A stretch of DNA of 64,000 bases from Faecalibacterium sp. (GCA_029264955.1 JARHYC010000007.1:11668-75667); one strand, 5' to 3'; shown: positions 39,601 to 50,089, counted from the stretch's first letter. Program-made: numbers and translations. The notes: generated from the letters alone by a model not told the origin.

Positions 39601-42600
39601 CCGCCCGCAGGTTACAGCAGAATTTACGCAGGATAGTGCAACCTATCATCTGAATGTAGAGGTTGCTCCGGAAAAGAATGTTTCTCTGGATGCTGTTTTT
39701 ACCGTGGCAGACAACGTCCTGCAGATGAAGCTCAAGAATATTCAGGACGAGGCTTACCCGCTGTACAATATCAACTTCCCGGTGCAGAGTCTGGTTTCAG
39801 TTTCTTCTGAGCAGGCTGGCGCAGAGCTGCGTGCGGCTAACTACACAACGTCGGAGCAGCGTTTGGATCTGACTACACGCCCGGCGGGTGATATGTACGA
39901 GTCTGCATCTATCGTTGTGCTTTCCAACAACGAGCTGGGTGCAGCAATCAACAACGAATCCTATAACGGTCACCGTGGCATTTCCTATCAGACCATGCGT
40001 ATTGGTGAGCGCACGACGACTGGTGTGTGGAGCACGGGTTTCCCGTATCGCGGTCTGGATAAAAAGGTCATGTTCGCTGAGCCTTGGGTAAAGGTTGCCA
40101 TTACCGGTGACCGCAATGAAGATGGCAAGGTGGATTTCCAGGATGCAGCAATCGCTCGCCGTGACGACTGCCAGAAGGACGGCTGCAAGGCAGATGCTTT
40201 TGGGTATGAAACGGTCATGGGCAGCTATAACACCATCGCAATGAACGTAGGCAGCGCAGCACAGTATCCCTTCCTGCGCATCCTTGATAACGTGAAGAAA
40301 ATGTCCCTGGGTCTGGATGATTTCCCGCAGACGGTTATTATCAAGGGCTATAATGGCCAGGGACATGACTCCAATAACAACGATTTTGCAAACTACAATC
40401 AGGCAGCCGGCGGCCTGAAAGACTTTAAGGCATTGCTGGCAGAATCCGAAAAGTATAACACAAAGGTCGGTATTCATATCAATGAAACCGAAACCTACCC
40501 CGAAAGTACTACCTACGGTAGACTGCATACTGCTTTCGGCGGATGGCCCTGGTACGACGTGGCACGTCTGATTCACCATGATAATGACTCTCTGGATGCT
40601 ACGGCGGATGGTCTGCAGGGGCGTTTGGACAAGCTGAACGAAGATACTGATCATATGCTGGATCTCATTTATGTGGACGTTTACCACAAGACCCGCTGGC
40701 CGATGTACACGTTGGTTTCCAAAATCAATGGCATGGGTATGGCTATGGCAACTGAGTACCCCAGCGCTGTAGATAAGCAGAGCGTTTGGGCACACCATAT
40801 TGGCGGCCATATCACGCAGGATAATCTGGCAGGCAACCTGACTCGTTTTGTCAACAACCAGTATCAGGATATCTTTGGTATGAGCGGTCTGTTCCGTGGC
40901 ACCAGCCGTGTGGCGGGTATCAATGGCTGGCAGAACGCATCGGACTACTACGCAGCACAAAAGCACTTTTTCACCAGTGTGCTGCCGAACCGCTTCCTGA
41001 CGCAGTATCCGATTATGCGCTGGGAAAATGCAAATGAAGTTGTCTTGGGTCAGAACATGAATGTTGTGACTAAGATGGAAGGCAACACCAATGTTATCAC
41101 GCTGGACGGCCGTGAGGTTGCCCGCGGTGACAAGATTTTTATCCCGTATACCGTAGACGGCGTGGAGAAGATTTACCACTGGAACCCTGCAAAGGGCGAA
41201 ACCACTTGGACCCTGCCGGTTTGCTTTGATGGGCAGACCTCTGTCAAGGTATTCAAGCTAACCGATATGGGACGTACAGAAATGCGTGAAATTGCTGTTG
41301 AAGGTGGAAAGGTAACCATTCCTGCTGAGGCAAACACGGCATACGTCATCTACAAGGGCGATGCAAAGGTGGAGAACACCGGCAGCCTGACTGGTTATGA
41401 CTGGGGTCAGGGCGGCTTTGTAAAGGATGCTGGCTTCGACAGTCACACGGAAGGCTACGGCTGGACTGCTACGAATGGTACGTTTGAGAATAACAACCAT
41501 GGCAACACCTATCTGGTTATGCGCGGTGCGCAGGATGGCTCTGCAGAGCAGATCATTTCCGGTCTGACACCCGGTAAGAGCTATCAGGCTTCTGTTTGGG
41601 CAGAGGTAAACGGAAAGACTGCAACCATCGCGGTACGCGATGGCGAAACCGAGCTGGCAAGCAACCATATGGAACGCAGCAATGTGCAGTATGGTATTCA
41701 TCACACCGATAAATACAAGCGCAATTTACAGCGTATCTGGGTTGAGTTCACCGCTCCGGCTTCCGGTAGTGTAACTCTGGCACTGACCGGCACGCAGGCA
41801 ACCGGTGAAAAATCCTATGTAAACTGGGATGACGTGCGTGTTGTGGAGCACACCCCGTCTGACACCAAGGGACATGACTTCTATGAAGACTTTGAGGCAG
41901 TAACCGAGGGCTATGGTCCGTTCGTTTCTACCGAGTCCGATACCAGCCACCTGTCCGAAACCAACAAACCGCACACATTCGATACGATCAATGGTCGCTT
42001 CTCGCTGAAGACTCGTGCAGGCGATTATATGCGCACTCTGCCGCATACCCTCCGCCTGAAGCCCAATACGGACTATACATTGGGTTTGCAGTATATTGCA
42101 GGAGGTGCAGGTCAGGTCTTTACTGTTTCGGTGAAATCGGATTTGGCAGCGGAAGCTGGCGCAAAAGATGCGGTGGCTGCCTCTCAGGTATGTACCGCTG
42201 TAAAAGACTGGGGCAAGAACCAGCCGCTCAAGCTGAACTTTACCACTGGTGACTATAATGACTACTATGTAGAAATCAAGTGCAACGGTGGCATTAAAGA
42301 ATACGCTGTGGACGATTTCTATGTGGATGAAGTCACGATTGCTACAAAGGAAAGCTTGAAGGCACTTTATGATGCGTGCGCGGCATTGCAGCAGGATGCT
42401 TACACGCCGGAAAGCTGGAGCCAGCTGACCGAAAAGATGGAGGCAGCAAAGGTTGTTCTGGACAAGGAAGATGCAGTACAGGAAGAAATTCAGGCAGCAC
42501 AGGATGCTTTGCAGGCGGCAATGGATGCTTTGGTCGCTTACGCAACGGCAGATGATATTGCACGTTTGAATGCTGTGATTGCACAGATGCAGGATGTTCC

Positions 42601-43975
42601 CGCTGACCAATATGCACAGGATGCACAGTGGGATGCGTTCCAGAAGCAGATTGCTGAAGCACAGAAGCTGGCTGGTACCGACAAGGTAACCGTTCAGCAG
42701 GTGGATGAAATGATCCATGCGCTGGAAAACGCAAAGAATGCACTGCATAGTCTGATCAATAAGGATGAACTGAAGAAACTGTATGATTTCTGCGAAGAGA
42801 TTCCTGCAAATGATCTTATGGATGGCAACGAGGCGGTAGAGTTCCTGCGTGCGCGTTCTGCGGCAGAAAAGATCCTGAAGGATGAGAATGCAAAGCAGAG
42901 CGATGTGGATAAGGCAGGCAAAGATTTGACTGAAGCCTACAATAAGATTGTTCCCAAGCGCACGACCAACGAAGGTCATGTAGATGCCGCTATCGTAACA
43001 GAGTTGGCACAGAAGCTGGCAATTGCCAAGCAGGTAAAGAATTCCGGCAAGGCATTGAAGAAGGCAATCGCAAAGGCCGAAAAGGCAAGTGAACCGCTGG
43101 CAACTTGGAAGTCTGTTGTAGAAGCACTGGATGCACTGGATGCAAATGTCGCAACCTTGACCGTTATCACAGAGGGCGAACAGACAGTAATTTATGTCGC
43201 AGTAGATGAGAAGCTGGGCGCAGCCCTGCCGAAAGATCCTGTAAAGGATGGATTTACCTTCACGGGCTGGCAGGACGAAAATGGTGAGCCGGTTACCGCT
43301 AAGACAAAGGTTCAAGGCGATATGACCATTATGGCAACATGGGAGCCGGCAGCAGGTATTAAGTATGTGGTAAACCATGTACAGGCTAATATCGGCGATC
43401 CTGATAATGGTACGATTGTGGCACAGGAAACCCTGTCTGGCATCAGCGGTGAGCTGACTAAGGCAGTTGCTAAGAGCTACGAGGGATTTACTGCTCGCGA
43501 AATTGAGCAAAAGACCATTGCAGCAGATGGCAGCACCGTAGTCACCGTTTGGTATGCACGCAATGTATACACCGTGATAATCGACGGCGTACAGCATGAA
43601 GTCGAATATGATGCACCTTTGGGCAATACGCTGCCCGAAAACCCGAAGAAGGATGGCTTTACCTTTGATGGATGGAAGGACCAAAACGGCAATGCAATCA
43701 CTGCGGAAAGCAAAGTGCAGGGTAATCTGGTGCTTATCGCACAGTGGAAGGCAGTGAATGTACCGGATACGCCGGATCAGCCGGATGTCACTCCGAGTGA
43801 AAAGCCAACGAATCCGACAGATCCATCTGATAAACCTGAAGAAAAGCCCGCCGCGCCTTCCGCAGCACCACAGGCATCGGCTACAGGCGATACTTTCCCC
43901 ATGACGCTGGTTGTGGCTTTGATGCTGGCTTCTTTGGCTGGTATGGCGATCATCATTAAAAAGAAACGTTCCTGA
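36689..43975 (+). CDS. Cell-wall-anchored endo-alpha-N-acetylgalactosaminidase (GH101), 2428 aa
   Basis: Signal peptide, CBM32, beta-sandwich modules, GH101 motifs DFQDAAIA, AQYPFL, KGY..QGHDS, HINETETYPE, WPW, YVDV, ATEY; FIVAR, InlB-type repeats, TG sorting motif plus TM plus KKKR. Confidence 0.92.
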   Translation: MCVKLRKALATLLAAVMLMGVLPVNVLAAEGEIKPFAEESKSEVSVGELETEPTAEDTELEIGTENADLDVTAEEPVVTPSVEEAEEEAVADESEIETYAAVDMGDASHDIPVEGIKVTAGDSQSGEGPEKVLDGQDAMWHTNWNGSPSEKHWILFDLGKDYAVSGLRYLPRQSQQNGIITKYEIWGSVDGKTFSKVATGDWAADTAWKTASFGPYAARYIALKSVQGIGGFASAAEIRITQVEDENAYEVASFTQEAHGGWQIAPGSGTGTMTFAENQMELFAKGDTGNTAYWDANSPMLEAGFVEAVITPVATDRFALLYRYTDKDHYTGVSYDAGNWGWCGNNGNKWGNLTQDASYAPKAGEAFTLRVAFEGANVTVFANGTQVAHGAINDGAINQTKGHVGFRVWGDGSEATRGHIKVSSVKMGTVSAQPLPKPEKPVDPVDETDKDGNYLITFTDAARRGGLHLLSGDGTVTFQDGEGDNGYAVVAKQDEATTKAVFVADRAPVTENGFLEADVTNQSGGRLGLLLRIQDNGNYVGVTYDVGKWAITKNGSNITEFDAGGWGKGQKKHIRVDFAGNKITVTIDGSQVFSQELPQLAGTGAGKVGAVVWGYSNGDNQGKAKIDNVVVGKRVAVDVSPKEYSLTYKEAGKTALKFVLGETLANNALTTVKIGNQELVKGTDYTLTGNSLRLEGSLITEEMKQAGGTKITMLFADGFETTVNVLIQAQAQKTQINYVRDFTTDPTKGENPMKLASGSAKVAYDAQKQALVITGANSAMLVDQAAPKLKNYDVEMTFNLRTDSGTFAVVGRQEGADYVAAGPHNSGGIGWRVFSNTGAIDVPNYEDGNQMFGNRTVPYKVRVRFLEKNVIIWVDDYEMWSGTADCLTGGNGLPGLMVNGAELELLDFRVTSVNLPEAEETTGAEHQIHSDKLTVTMDESFPRVIRYTMDGKTLQGQEIPYYVIELNNKEYRPQVTAEFTQDSATYHLNVEVAPEKNVSLDAVFTVADNVLQMKLKNIQDEAYPLYNINFPVQSLVSVSSEQAGAELRAANYTTSEQRLDLTTRPAGDMYESASIVVLSNNELGAAINNESYNGHRGISYQTMRIGERTTTGVWSTGFPYRGLDKKVMFAEPWVKVAITGDRNEDGKVDFQDAAIARRDDCQKDGCKADAFGYETVMGSYNTIAMNVGSAAQYPFLRILDNVKKMSLGLDDFPQTVIIKGYNGQGHDSNNNDFANYNQAAGGLKDFKALLAESEKYNTKVGIHINETETYPESTTYGRLHTAFGGWPWYDVARLIHHDNDSLDATADGLQGRLDKLNEDTDHMLDLIYVDVYHKTRWPMYTLVSKINGMGMAMATEYPSAVDKQSVWAHHIGGHITQDNLAGNLTRFVNNQYQDIFGMSGLFRGTSRVAGINGWQNASDYYAAQKHFFTSVLPNRFLTQYPIMRWENANEVVLGQNMNVVTKMEGNTNVITLDGREVARGDKIFIPYTVDGVEKIYHWNPAKGETTWTLPVCFDGQTSVKVFKLTDMGRTEMREIAVEGGKVTIPAEANTAYVIYKGDAKVENTGSLTGYDWGQGGFVKDAGFDSHTEGYGWTATNGTFENNNHGNTYLVMRGAQDGSAEQIISGLTPGKSYQASVWAEVNGKTATIAVRDGETELASNHMERSNVQYGIHHTDKYKRNLQRIWVEFTAPASGSVTLALTGTQATGEKSYVNWDDVRVVEHTPSDTKGHDFYEDFEAVTEGYGPFVSTESDTSHLSETNKPHTFDTINGRFSLKTRAGDYMRTLPHTLRLKPNTDYTLGLQYIAGGAGQVFTVSVKSDLAAEAGAKDAVAASQVCTAVKDWGKNQPLKLNFTTGDYNDYYVEIKCNGGIKEYAVDDFYVDEVTIATKESLKALYDACAALQQDAYTPESWSQLTEKMEAAKVVLDKEDAVQEEIQAAQDALQAAMDALVAYATADDIARLNAVIAQMQDVPADQYAQDAQWDAFQKQIAEAQKLAGTDKVTVQQVDEMIHALENAKNALHSLINKDELKKLYDFCEEIPANDLMDGNEAVEFLRARSAAEKILKDENAKQSDVDKAGKDLTEAYNKIVPKRTTNEGHVDAAIVTELAQKLAIAKQVKNSGKALKKAIAKAEKASEPLATWKSVVEALDALDANVATLTVITEGEQTVIYVAVDEKLGAALPKDPVKDGFTFTGWQDENGEPVTAKTKVQGDMTIMATWEPAAGIKYVVNHVQANIGDPDNGTIVAQETLSGISGELTKAVAKSYEGFTAREIEQKTIAADGSTVVTVWYARNVYTVIIDGVQHEVEYDAPLGNTLPENPKKDGFTFDGWKDQNGNAITAESKVQGNLVLIAQWKAVNVPDTPDQPDVTPSEKPTNPTDPSDKPEEKPAAPSAAPQASATGDTFPMTLVVALMLASLAGMAIIIKKKRS

Positions 43976-44012
43976 GTTTAGGATTTAGGATGCTTCTGAA
44001 ATAGTTTTGTGC

Positions 44013-44045
44013 AACCCCCTCTGCCCAAAAGCAGAGGGGGTTTTT
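44013..44045 (+). terminator. Terminator after GH101
   Basis: AACCCCCTCTGC / GCAGAGGGGGTT plus Ts. Confidence 0.85.
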
Positions 44046-44291
44046 GCATGGAAAATGACCTTGGATTGTTGCGCTGTGCAAGTAACAGATGAGATGGCTA
44101 GTGTTAATGTGAGCAATAGATTTTTCTAAATGATATTTCCTGCAATAAAGTTGTTAAGCCGGAAGGATTGATTTGGATCAGATATAGAATAAAAAGTGTT
44201 TGTTTCGTTTGACAATAAATGACGATGATAGGATGATGCTTTTTGATATGCAGAAAAGGTTGAACTTTTTCGAAAAAACTTAAAAAAGGTG

Positions 44292-44320
44292 TTGACAGAA
44301 CGCTATTATATGAGTATAAT
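44292..44320 (+). promoter_or_regulatory. Consensus SigA promoter of tRNA-Pro copy 1
   Basis: TTGACA-17 bp-TATAAT. Confidence 0.9.
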
Positions 44321-44361
44321 AAATACTGTTGCTGGCGAACGGAATGTTTGCAAAGGCATGT

Positions 44362-44593
44362 ATCCGGGTGTAGCGCAGTTTTGGTAGCGCGCTTGAATGG
44401 GGTTCAAGAGGCCGTGAGTTCGATTCTCGCCACTCGGACCAAAAAGGACTGATCTTTTGATCAGTCCTTTTTTTGTTTTATCTAAGTGTTAAGCGGGTTT
44501 GCAGGGGTTGTGAGAAGCATTCTTATGTTGTGCTAAGGCTTGTCTGAGAGCAGCCAGAGACACGTCATAATGAATGCGTAATGAATGGAGCAA
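44362..44593 (+). repeat. 232-bp direct repeat, left copy (tRNA-Pro + terminator + about 120 bp)
   Basis: Matches 50412-50642 with 4 substitutions and a 1-nt T-tract indel. Confidence 0.97.
44364..44441 (+). tRNA. tRNA-Pro(GGG), copy 1
   Basis: CCGGGTG/CACTCGG acceptor, CTTGA-ATGGGGT-TCAAG anticodon arm, GTTCGA, A73, CCA. Confidence 0.96.
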
Positions 44594-44905
44594 ACTGGAT
44601 CATACGCTATCTATGGAACCTGGGAACATAGCTAAGAATACGGATTTGGAAAGTTTGCCGACTACATTTGTATTCAGATTTACAAGAATAGACAGATGGC
44701 GATCAGCGTCTGACGGGAATAAGTACATTGCTGCTGGAGGTTAGGAATAACAGCAACATATGTCTGTAAGATGGTACTTGTGCAAGATACATAAAGTATC
44801 ACACAATCTCAAGGTTGAAAACAAAAGCGTTGACGTATACACTAAAAATATATGTTGTTGATGAAGAAATACTGTTCATCTAGAGAAGAAAAAAGGAGAT
44901 GTAGT

Positions 44906-47900
44906 ATGAACAAAAGAGGCGCAGCACTGTTTTTAGCAGCGGCGATGACTTTTTCATCCATCTTACCGGGGCAGACGGCAATGGCAGCAGGAGAAAGCTA
45001 TGTAACGGATGCACAGCTTACCGCTGCGGTTGTACAAGCCCCCAAAAAGGATGAAGTTATCCCGGACGCAAATCAGTATGAGTATCAAAAACAGGAATTG
45101 GCAGCTTTCTGTCACTTCGGCCCCAATACGTTCAATGAGATTGAATGGGGCGAGAAGTACGGCAAGCGGCCTCCGGATGATATTTTCAAACTGGAAACGA
45201 ATTTCGATGCGGAGAAACTGGTATCCTCACTGAAAGAGGCTGGTTTCAAAAAGTTGATTGTCACGGCAAAGCACCATGACGGTTTCTGTATCTGGAACAG
45301 TGCCTACACGGACTATGACGTGGAGTCCACCAGCTATGCAGGCTATAATTACGATGGTATGGGCGGCGATATTCTGGCTGAAATTTCCGCTGCTTGTACC
45401 GCTCATGATATGGACATGGGTCTGTATCTGTCCCCTTGGGATATCCATGACGAAAGCTACGGCTATTATGATGCAAACCATAATCCGACGAGTAAGGAAA
45501 ACGATGTCAAGGATTATAACGAGTACTATAATAACCAGCTGCAGGAAATTCTAGGCAACCCTAAATATGGCAACAAAGGTCATTTTAAGGAAGTTTGGAT
45601 GGACGGTGCAAAAGGCAGTGGTGCCAATGCGCAGGAATACGACTTTAAAACCTGGTTCGATACCATTCAGAAGAACGAGGGCAAGAAGGCAGGCTTTGAT
45701 GCAGACTGCTTGTTGTTTGGTGCAGAATCTTACTCTACAGTAAGATGGATCGGCAACGAAAACGGTTATGCCAATGAGGAAACCTGGTCCAAGTCTAAGA
45801 TTGATCGGGCAAATAATACCATTGACAGTAATCACACCGGTGCGCAGGGCACGTTCATTGGCTTTGAAAATGGCAACCAGTGGACCGTCCCGGAAGTAGA
45901 TGCCCGCATTACTTCTGGCTGGTTCTGGGGGACTCGCAAGAATTCGCCCAAGAGCATTCTGGATTTGGGGAATATGTACTTTAACTCGGTAGGTCATAAT
46001 GCACCACTGCTGCTGAATATTCCACCAAATGATCAAGGCGGTGTAGATCAGGCAATTCTGGACCGCGTCGCAGAGTTTGGTACTAACATTTCCGAAACAT
46101 TCCGGTTGAATCTGGCGAAAGATGCAGCGGCATCGGCTAGCGAAGTGCGCGGAAATGCGCTCAGCTATAAGCCCGGTAATGTGCTGGACGGCAAGGATGA
46201 TACCTATTGGACGGTCAACGATGGTACAACTACCGGTACGCTGCAGTTGGACCTGAAGGAGCAGAAGACCTTTGACGTGGTTTCCATTGAGGAAGCAATT
46301 GAATTTGGTCAGCGCATCAAGTCTTTTAAGGTAGAGTATAGTTTGAATGGTAGCGCATGGAAGACATTCGATCAGGGTACGACTGTTGGCGCAAAGCGTC
46401 TATGCCGGAAAGCTCCGGTTAAAGCAGATAAGCTGCGTATTACAGTTACGACCACCAGCGCAGTACCCATGCTTTCCGAAGTAGGCATTTTCAAGGCAAG
46501 TCAGGGCTTTGAAAAGGCAAAGGGTGCGCCCGCAGGCATGACAGTCATCGACATCAACGATAATGGAGATGTTGGATTTAAGTTTGGTAGCAACTGGCAT
46601 CCGGAAACGGGTGACCAGTATCTAAATGGCACCAACTCGTGGGCAAATGCCGGTACAAACTTTGAAGTAAAGTTCAACGGTTCGAAGATTTATCTGGTTG
46701 GTACAAAGGATCCCAACCACGGCACGGCGAACATTCTTATCGACGGCAAGCCGGCAGGCAGTATTGATACCCGCGCAAATTCCCGCGCAGTGGGTCAGAT
46801 TATTTTTGCTTCGGAAGACCTGAAGGATGGTTCCCACACTTTGCGTCTGGAAACGACCAACAAGGCAATCGGTATCGAAGGCGCTTATGTGATCAATAAC
46901 GGCGGGAAAGGCATGGTCGGTATTGATCAGGCTTCCTATACTATGAACGAAGAATCTACTATGGATGTAAAGCTGGTTCGTGTAGGCGGCTCCACTGGTG
47001 ACATCACCGTAAACTTTGCACCCAACCCCGGTTCTGCGATTCAGGATGATTATAATACAGAGCTGAACCATAACATCACCTTTAAGAATGGTGAGACAGA
47101 GAAGCTGGCCCGTGTGGAAACCAGAAGAAATACAAAACCCACTGGTAATCAATATTTTACTGTGGCACTGTCTACCACGGATAAAGACCTGATTCTGGGC
47201 TTTAACGCGGCCGCACGCATCAATATCATTGATGCAGAAGGTCTCACGGTAGAGAAGCTGGAGACACTGCTGAACGAATGCCGTGCGCTGAACGAAGTAA
47301 ACTACCAGACAGAAAGCTGGAACAAGCTGACCGCTGCTATGCAGACAGCAGAAGAGCGTCTGGCAGCAGGGAATCTGTCCGGTGAACTGTTGCGAACCAC
47401 TTATGATGCATTGGAAAAGGCCAAGACAGCTCTGGTAGCACGTGACCACTATGCAGAAAACGACCGTTTTGTATTCCCCACAACGGCCAATACAGAAGTC
47501 ACGTTGGAAGCTGAACTGCTGGAACGTCACAACAATACGGAGGGCGACAAAAACTGGCCGCTACAGGTGACTCCTGCTGACTGGGCAAGCAACGGCAAAT
47601 TCCTGAACTGCCTGAACAGCAATGATCAGGCAAAACTGTACTACACTGCGAACAGAACTGGTACCTATTCCGCGGTTGTGACGTATCGTAGTGGTGACTC
47701 CGCAAATGCAATCTTCTGGGAAGAAGCAAATGGCAACATCACCGCAGGCAATGTGACCGCAGGTGCTTCGGATAATGCAGGCGCAACCCATACCGCAAAC
47801 TTTGCGTTCGAGGTAACCAAGCCGGGCGATGGTGTGCTGGTATTTAAGGGCGGTGAGAAGAATGCACCGCAGATCGACAAGATTGTGATTACTGCATCTC

Positions 47901-50089
47901 AGCTGGATCAGCAGGTATTCCAGGTGACCAAGAATGCAGGTGCAAATGGCGTGATTGAAGGTCCGGATACCGTGAACGAGGGCGAGAATGCTGTGTTCAC
48001 AATCACGCCTAACGAAGGTTACGCTGTGCAGGACGTAAAGGTGAATGGTGCCTCTGTGGGTGCAGTGACGACCTATACTGCAGAAAATGTGTCTGCAAAC
48101 ATTACCATTGAAGCAACCTTTGGAAAGAATGAATACAAGTACACTGTGGCAGATCCCTTTGTATTCCCCACAGAACTGAATCAGACTGCTGTTCTGGAAG
48201 CTGAGCATGCAACGCTGCATAATTCTGGTGATGATGAACAGTGGAAGCTGGAAGTTGCAGATGGCGATTGGGCAAGTAACAAGAAATTTGTGAACAGCCT
48301 GAACCGTGGCGATGAAATCACCATTCCGTATCGGGCAGCTGTGGCAGGCACCTACATGGTAACGGTAACTTTCCGCAGCGGCAGCGATAAGAATTATCTG
48401 GATTGGACAGAAGAAAGTGGCAAGATCACAGCAGGTACGACGCCTGCAGGTCATACCGATGCCAATGTAACGCAGACCAAGAGCTTTGAAATGATTGTCA
48501 ATACGGCTGGTGCAGGTGTGCTGAAGTTTGCACCGAAGACAGAAAATTCCCCGCAGATTGATAAGTTTGATATTGTGCTGAAGGAAGCTGCTGCGCCTGT
48601 AGATCCGGAAGATGCAACCAGCGATGCACTGGATTATGTGACCCAGGCAGTTACCGCAGGTGATCAGATGGACGGACACACCGCAGATGCAGTCAACGAT
48701 AAGGATGCAAATAGCTACTGGTCTACCAACTGGAACAGCAAGCCCAATGAGGAAGAACGCTCTGAGAAATTCTATATTCAGATGGATCTGGGCGAAACTA
48801 AGCCGGTAGCCGGTGTGCGTGTCCTGCCCCGTCAGGGCGACAGTATGGGCGATGGAAATGGTACGCCTACCAAATTTACAATCAAGGTCAGCAACGATGG
48901 CACAGAGTGGACGGATGTACTGACCACAGAGCGTCCTGCAAATGCAGAAGGCTGGCGCAACTGGTACATCGTACGTTTTGAAAAACCTGTAGATGCACGC
49001 TATGTTCGTTATGAAGCTGTGAATACTTACAGCGATGTAGCTGACAATATGGATCTGCATATGGCTCTGGCCGAAATCCGTGCAATCAAGCCTGCGCAGG
49101 AACCGCAGAACCCCGATCAGGTTGCAGCAGATGCTGTTATCGGTAAGATCAATAGTATTGGTAATGTTACGCTGGAATCTGAGCATGCAATTACGAATGC
49201 ACGCAATGCATATAATGCACTGACGGATACACAGAAGGCAATGGTAACGAATCTGTCTGTACTGGAAAGTGCAGAGGCAAAGCTGGCAGAGCTGAGAGAT
49301 GCAGCCGCACAGGCAGAAGCAGACAAAGTAGCAGCGGCTGAGGCGAGTGCAAAGATTGACGCCATCGGCGAAGTTACGTTGGATTCTGAGTCTAAGATTA
49401 CAGATGCCCGCAACGCTTGTGATGCACTGACAGATGCACAGAAGGCTCTGGTTGGCGATAAGATGGCTGTGCTGGAAGCAGCAGAAGCAAAACTAGCAGA
49501 ACTGAAAGATGTAGCCGCGCAGACAGAAGCAGACAAGGCCGCAGCCGCAGCGGTGAATGCAAAGATGGATGCCATCGGAGCAGTTACGCTGGATTCTGAG
49601 ACCAAGATTAACGATGCACGCAATGCGTATAATGCACTGACAGATGCACAAAAGGCTCTGGTTAAGAATCTGAATGCACTGGAAACAGCTGAGAATACCT
49701 TGAAGGCAACAAAGGCGAAGAAAGCTGAGCTGGATGCTGCAATCAAGGAAGCCGAAGGCAAAAAGTGTACGGATTATACGGACGCAAGCTGGAAGATATT
49801 TGCAGAGAAACTGGATGCAGCTAAGGCTGTCGCCGCAAAGAAGGATGTTGCATTAGCTGAGTATGAGAATGCAGCCAACGCACTGAAGATTGCTGAAGAT
49901 CAGCTGGCGGTAAAGCCCGCAGACTCTGTAAAGCCAGTTGATTCGGTGCAACCCACGAATCCCACTACACCCAAAAAGCCCAATGCAAACAGCCCTGTAA
50001 CAGGGGATAACTCGAATGTAATGTTCTGGGCAGCAATGGCTATGTTGAGTGCTGGAGCAATGGTACTGCTTAAGAAGAAAGCAAAGTAA
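44906..50089 (+). CDS. Cell-wall-anchored alpha-L-fucosidase (GH29, 1,3/1,4-type-like), about 1727 aa
   Basis: HFGPNTF, KHHDGF, YLSPWD, VWMDGA and RWIGNENG; CBM32, Calx-beta, FIVAR, two related CBM-like modules, helical repeats, PVTG sortase motif; start at 44906 after AAAGGAG. Confidence 0.93.
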   Translation: MNKRGAALFLAAAMTFSSILPGQTAMAAGESYVTDAQLTAAVVQAPKKDEVIPDANQYEYQKQELAAFCHFGPNTFNEIEWGEKYGKRPPDDIFKLETNFDAEKLVSSLKEAGFKKLIVTAKHHDGFCIWNSAYTDYDVESTSYAGYNYDGMGGDILAEISAACTAHDMDMGLYLSPWDIHDESYGYYDANHNPTSKENDVKDYNEYYNNQLQEILGNPKYGNKGHFKEVWMDGAKGSGANAQEYDFKTWFDTIQKNEGKKAGFDADCLLFGAESYSTVRWIGNENGYANEETWSKSKIDRANNTIDSNHTGAQGTFIGFENGNQWTVPEVDARITSGWFWGTRKNSPKSILDLGNMYFNSVGHNAPLLLNIPPNDQGGVDQAILDRVAEFGTNISETFRLNLAKDAAASASEVRGNALSYKPGNVLDGKDDTYWTVNDGTTTGTLQLDLKEQKTFDVVSIEEAIEFGQRIKSFKVEYSLNGSAWKTFDQGTTVGAKRLCRKAPVKADKLRITVTTTSAVPMLSEVGIFKASQGFEKAKGAPAGMTVIDINDNGDVGFKFGSNWHPETGDQYLNGTNSWANAGTNFEVKFNGSKIYLVGTKDPNHGTANILIDGKPAGSIDTRANSRAVGQIIFASEDLKDGSHTLRLETTNKAIGIEGAYVINNGGKGMVGIDQASYTMNEESTMDVKLVRVGGSTGDITVNFAPNPGSAIQDDYNTELNHNITFKNGETEKLARVETRRNTKPTGNQYFTVALSTTDKDLILGFNAAARINIIDAEGLTVEKLETLLNECRALNEVNYQTESWNKLTAAMQTAEERLAAGNLSGELLRTTYDALEKAKTALVARDHYAENDRFVFPTTANTEVTLEAELLERHNNTEGDKNWPLQVTPADWASNGKFLNCLNSNDQAKLYYTANRTGTYSAVVTYRSGDSANAIFWEEANGNITAGNVTAGASDNAGATHTANFAFEVTKPGDGVLVFKGGEKNAPQIDKIVITASQLDQQVFQVTKNAGANGVIEGPDTVNEGENAVFTITPNEGYAVQDVKVNGASVGAVTTYTAENVSANITIEATFGKNEYKYTVADPFVFPTELNQTAVLEAEHATLHNSGDDEQWKLEVADGDWASNKKFVNSLNRGDEITIPYRAAVAGTYMVTVTFRSGSDKNYLDWTEESGKITAGTTPAGHTDANVTQTKSFEMIVNTAGAGVLKFAPKTENSPQIDKFDIVLKEAAAPVDPEDATSDALDYVTQAVTAGDQMDGHTADAVNDKDANSYWSTNWNSKPNEEERSEKFYIQMDLGETKPVAGVRVLPRQGDSMGDGNGTPTKFTIKVSNDGTEWTDVLTTERPANAEGWRNWYIVRFEKPVDARYVRYEAVNTYSDVADNMDLHMALAEIRAIKPAQEPQNPDQVAADAVIGKINSIGNVTLESEHAITNARNAYNALTDTQKAMVTNLSVLESAEAKLAELRDAAAQAEADKVAAAEASAKIDAIGEVTLDSESKITDARNACDALTDAQKALVGDKMAVLEAAEAKLAELKDVAAQTEADKAAAAAVNAKMDAIGAVTLDSETKINDARNAYNALTDAQKALVKNLNALETAENTLKATKAKKAELDAAIKEAEGKKCTDYTDASWKIFAEKLDAAKAVAAKKDVALAEYENAANALKIAEDQLAVKPADSVKPVDSVQPTNPTTPKKPNANSPVTGDNSNVMFWAAMAMLSAGAMVLLKKKAK
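49118..49700 (+). repeat. Three tandem 69-70 aa helical repeats in GH29
   Basis: IGxVTLxSExxIxxARNAxxALTDxQKAxV units with periods of 207 and 210 bp. Confidence 0.9.

Noticed and set aside
44594-44750. About 50-codon open frame after the left repeat copy
   Set aside because: No RBS and no recognisable similarity to integrase or other families
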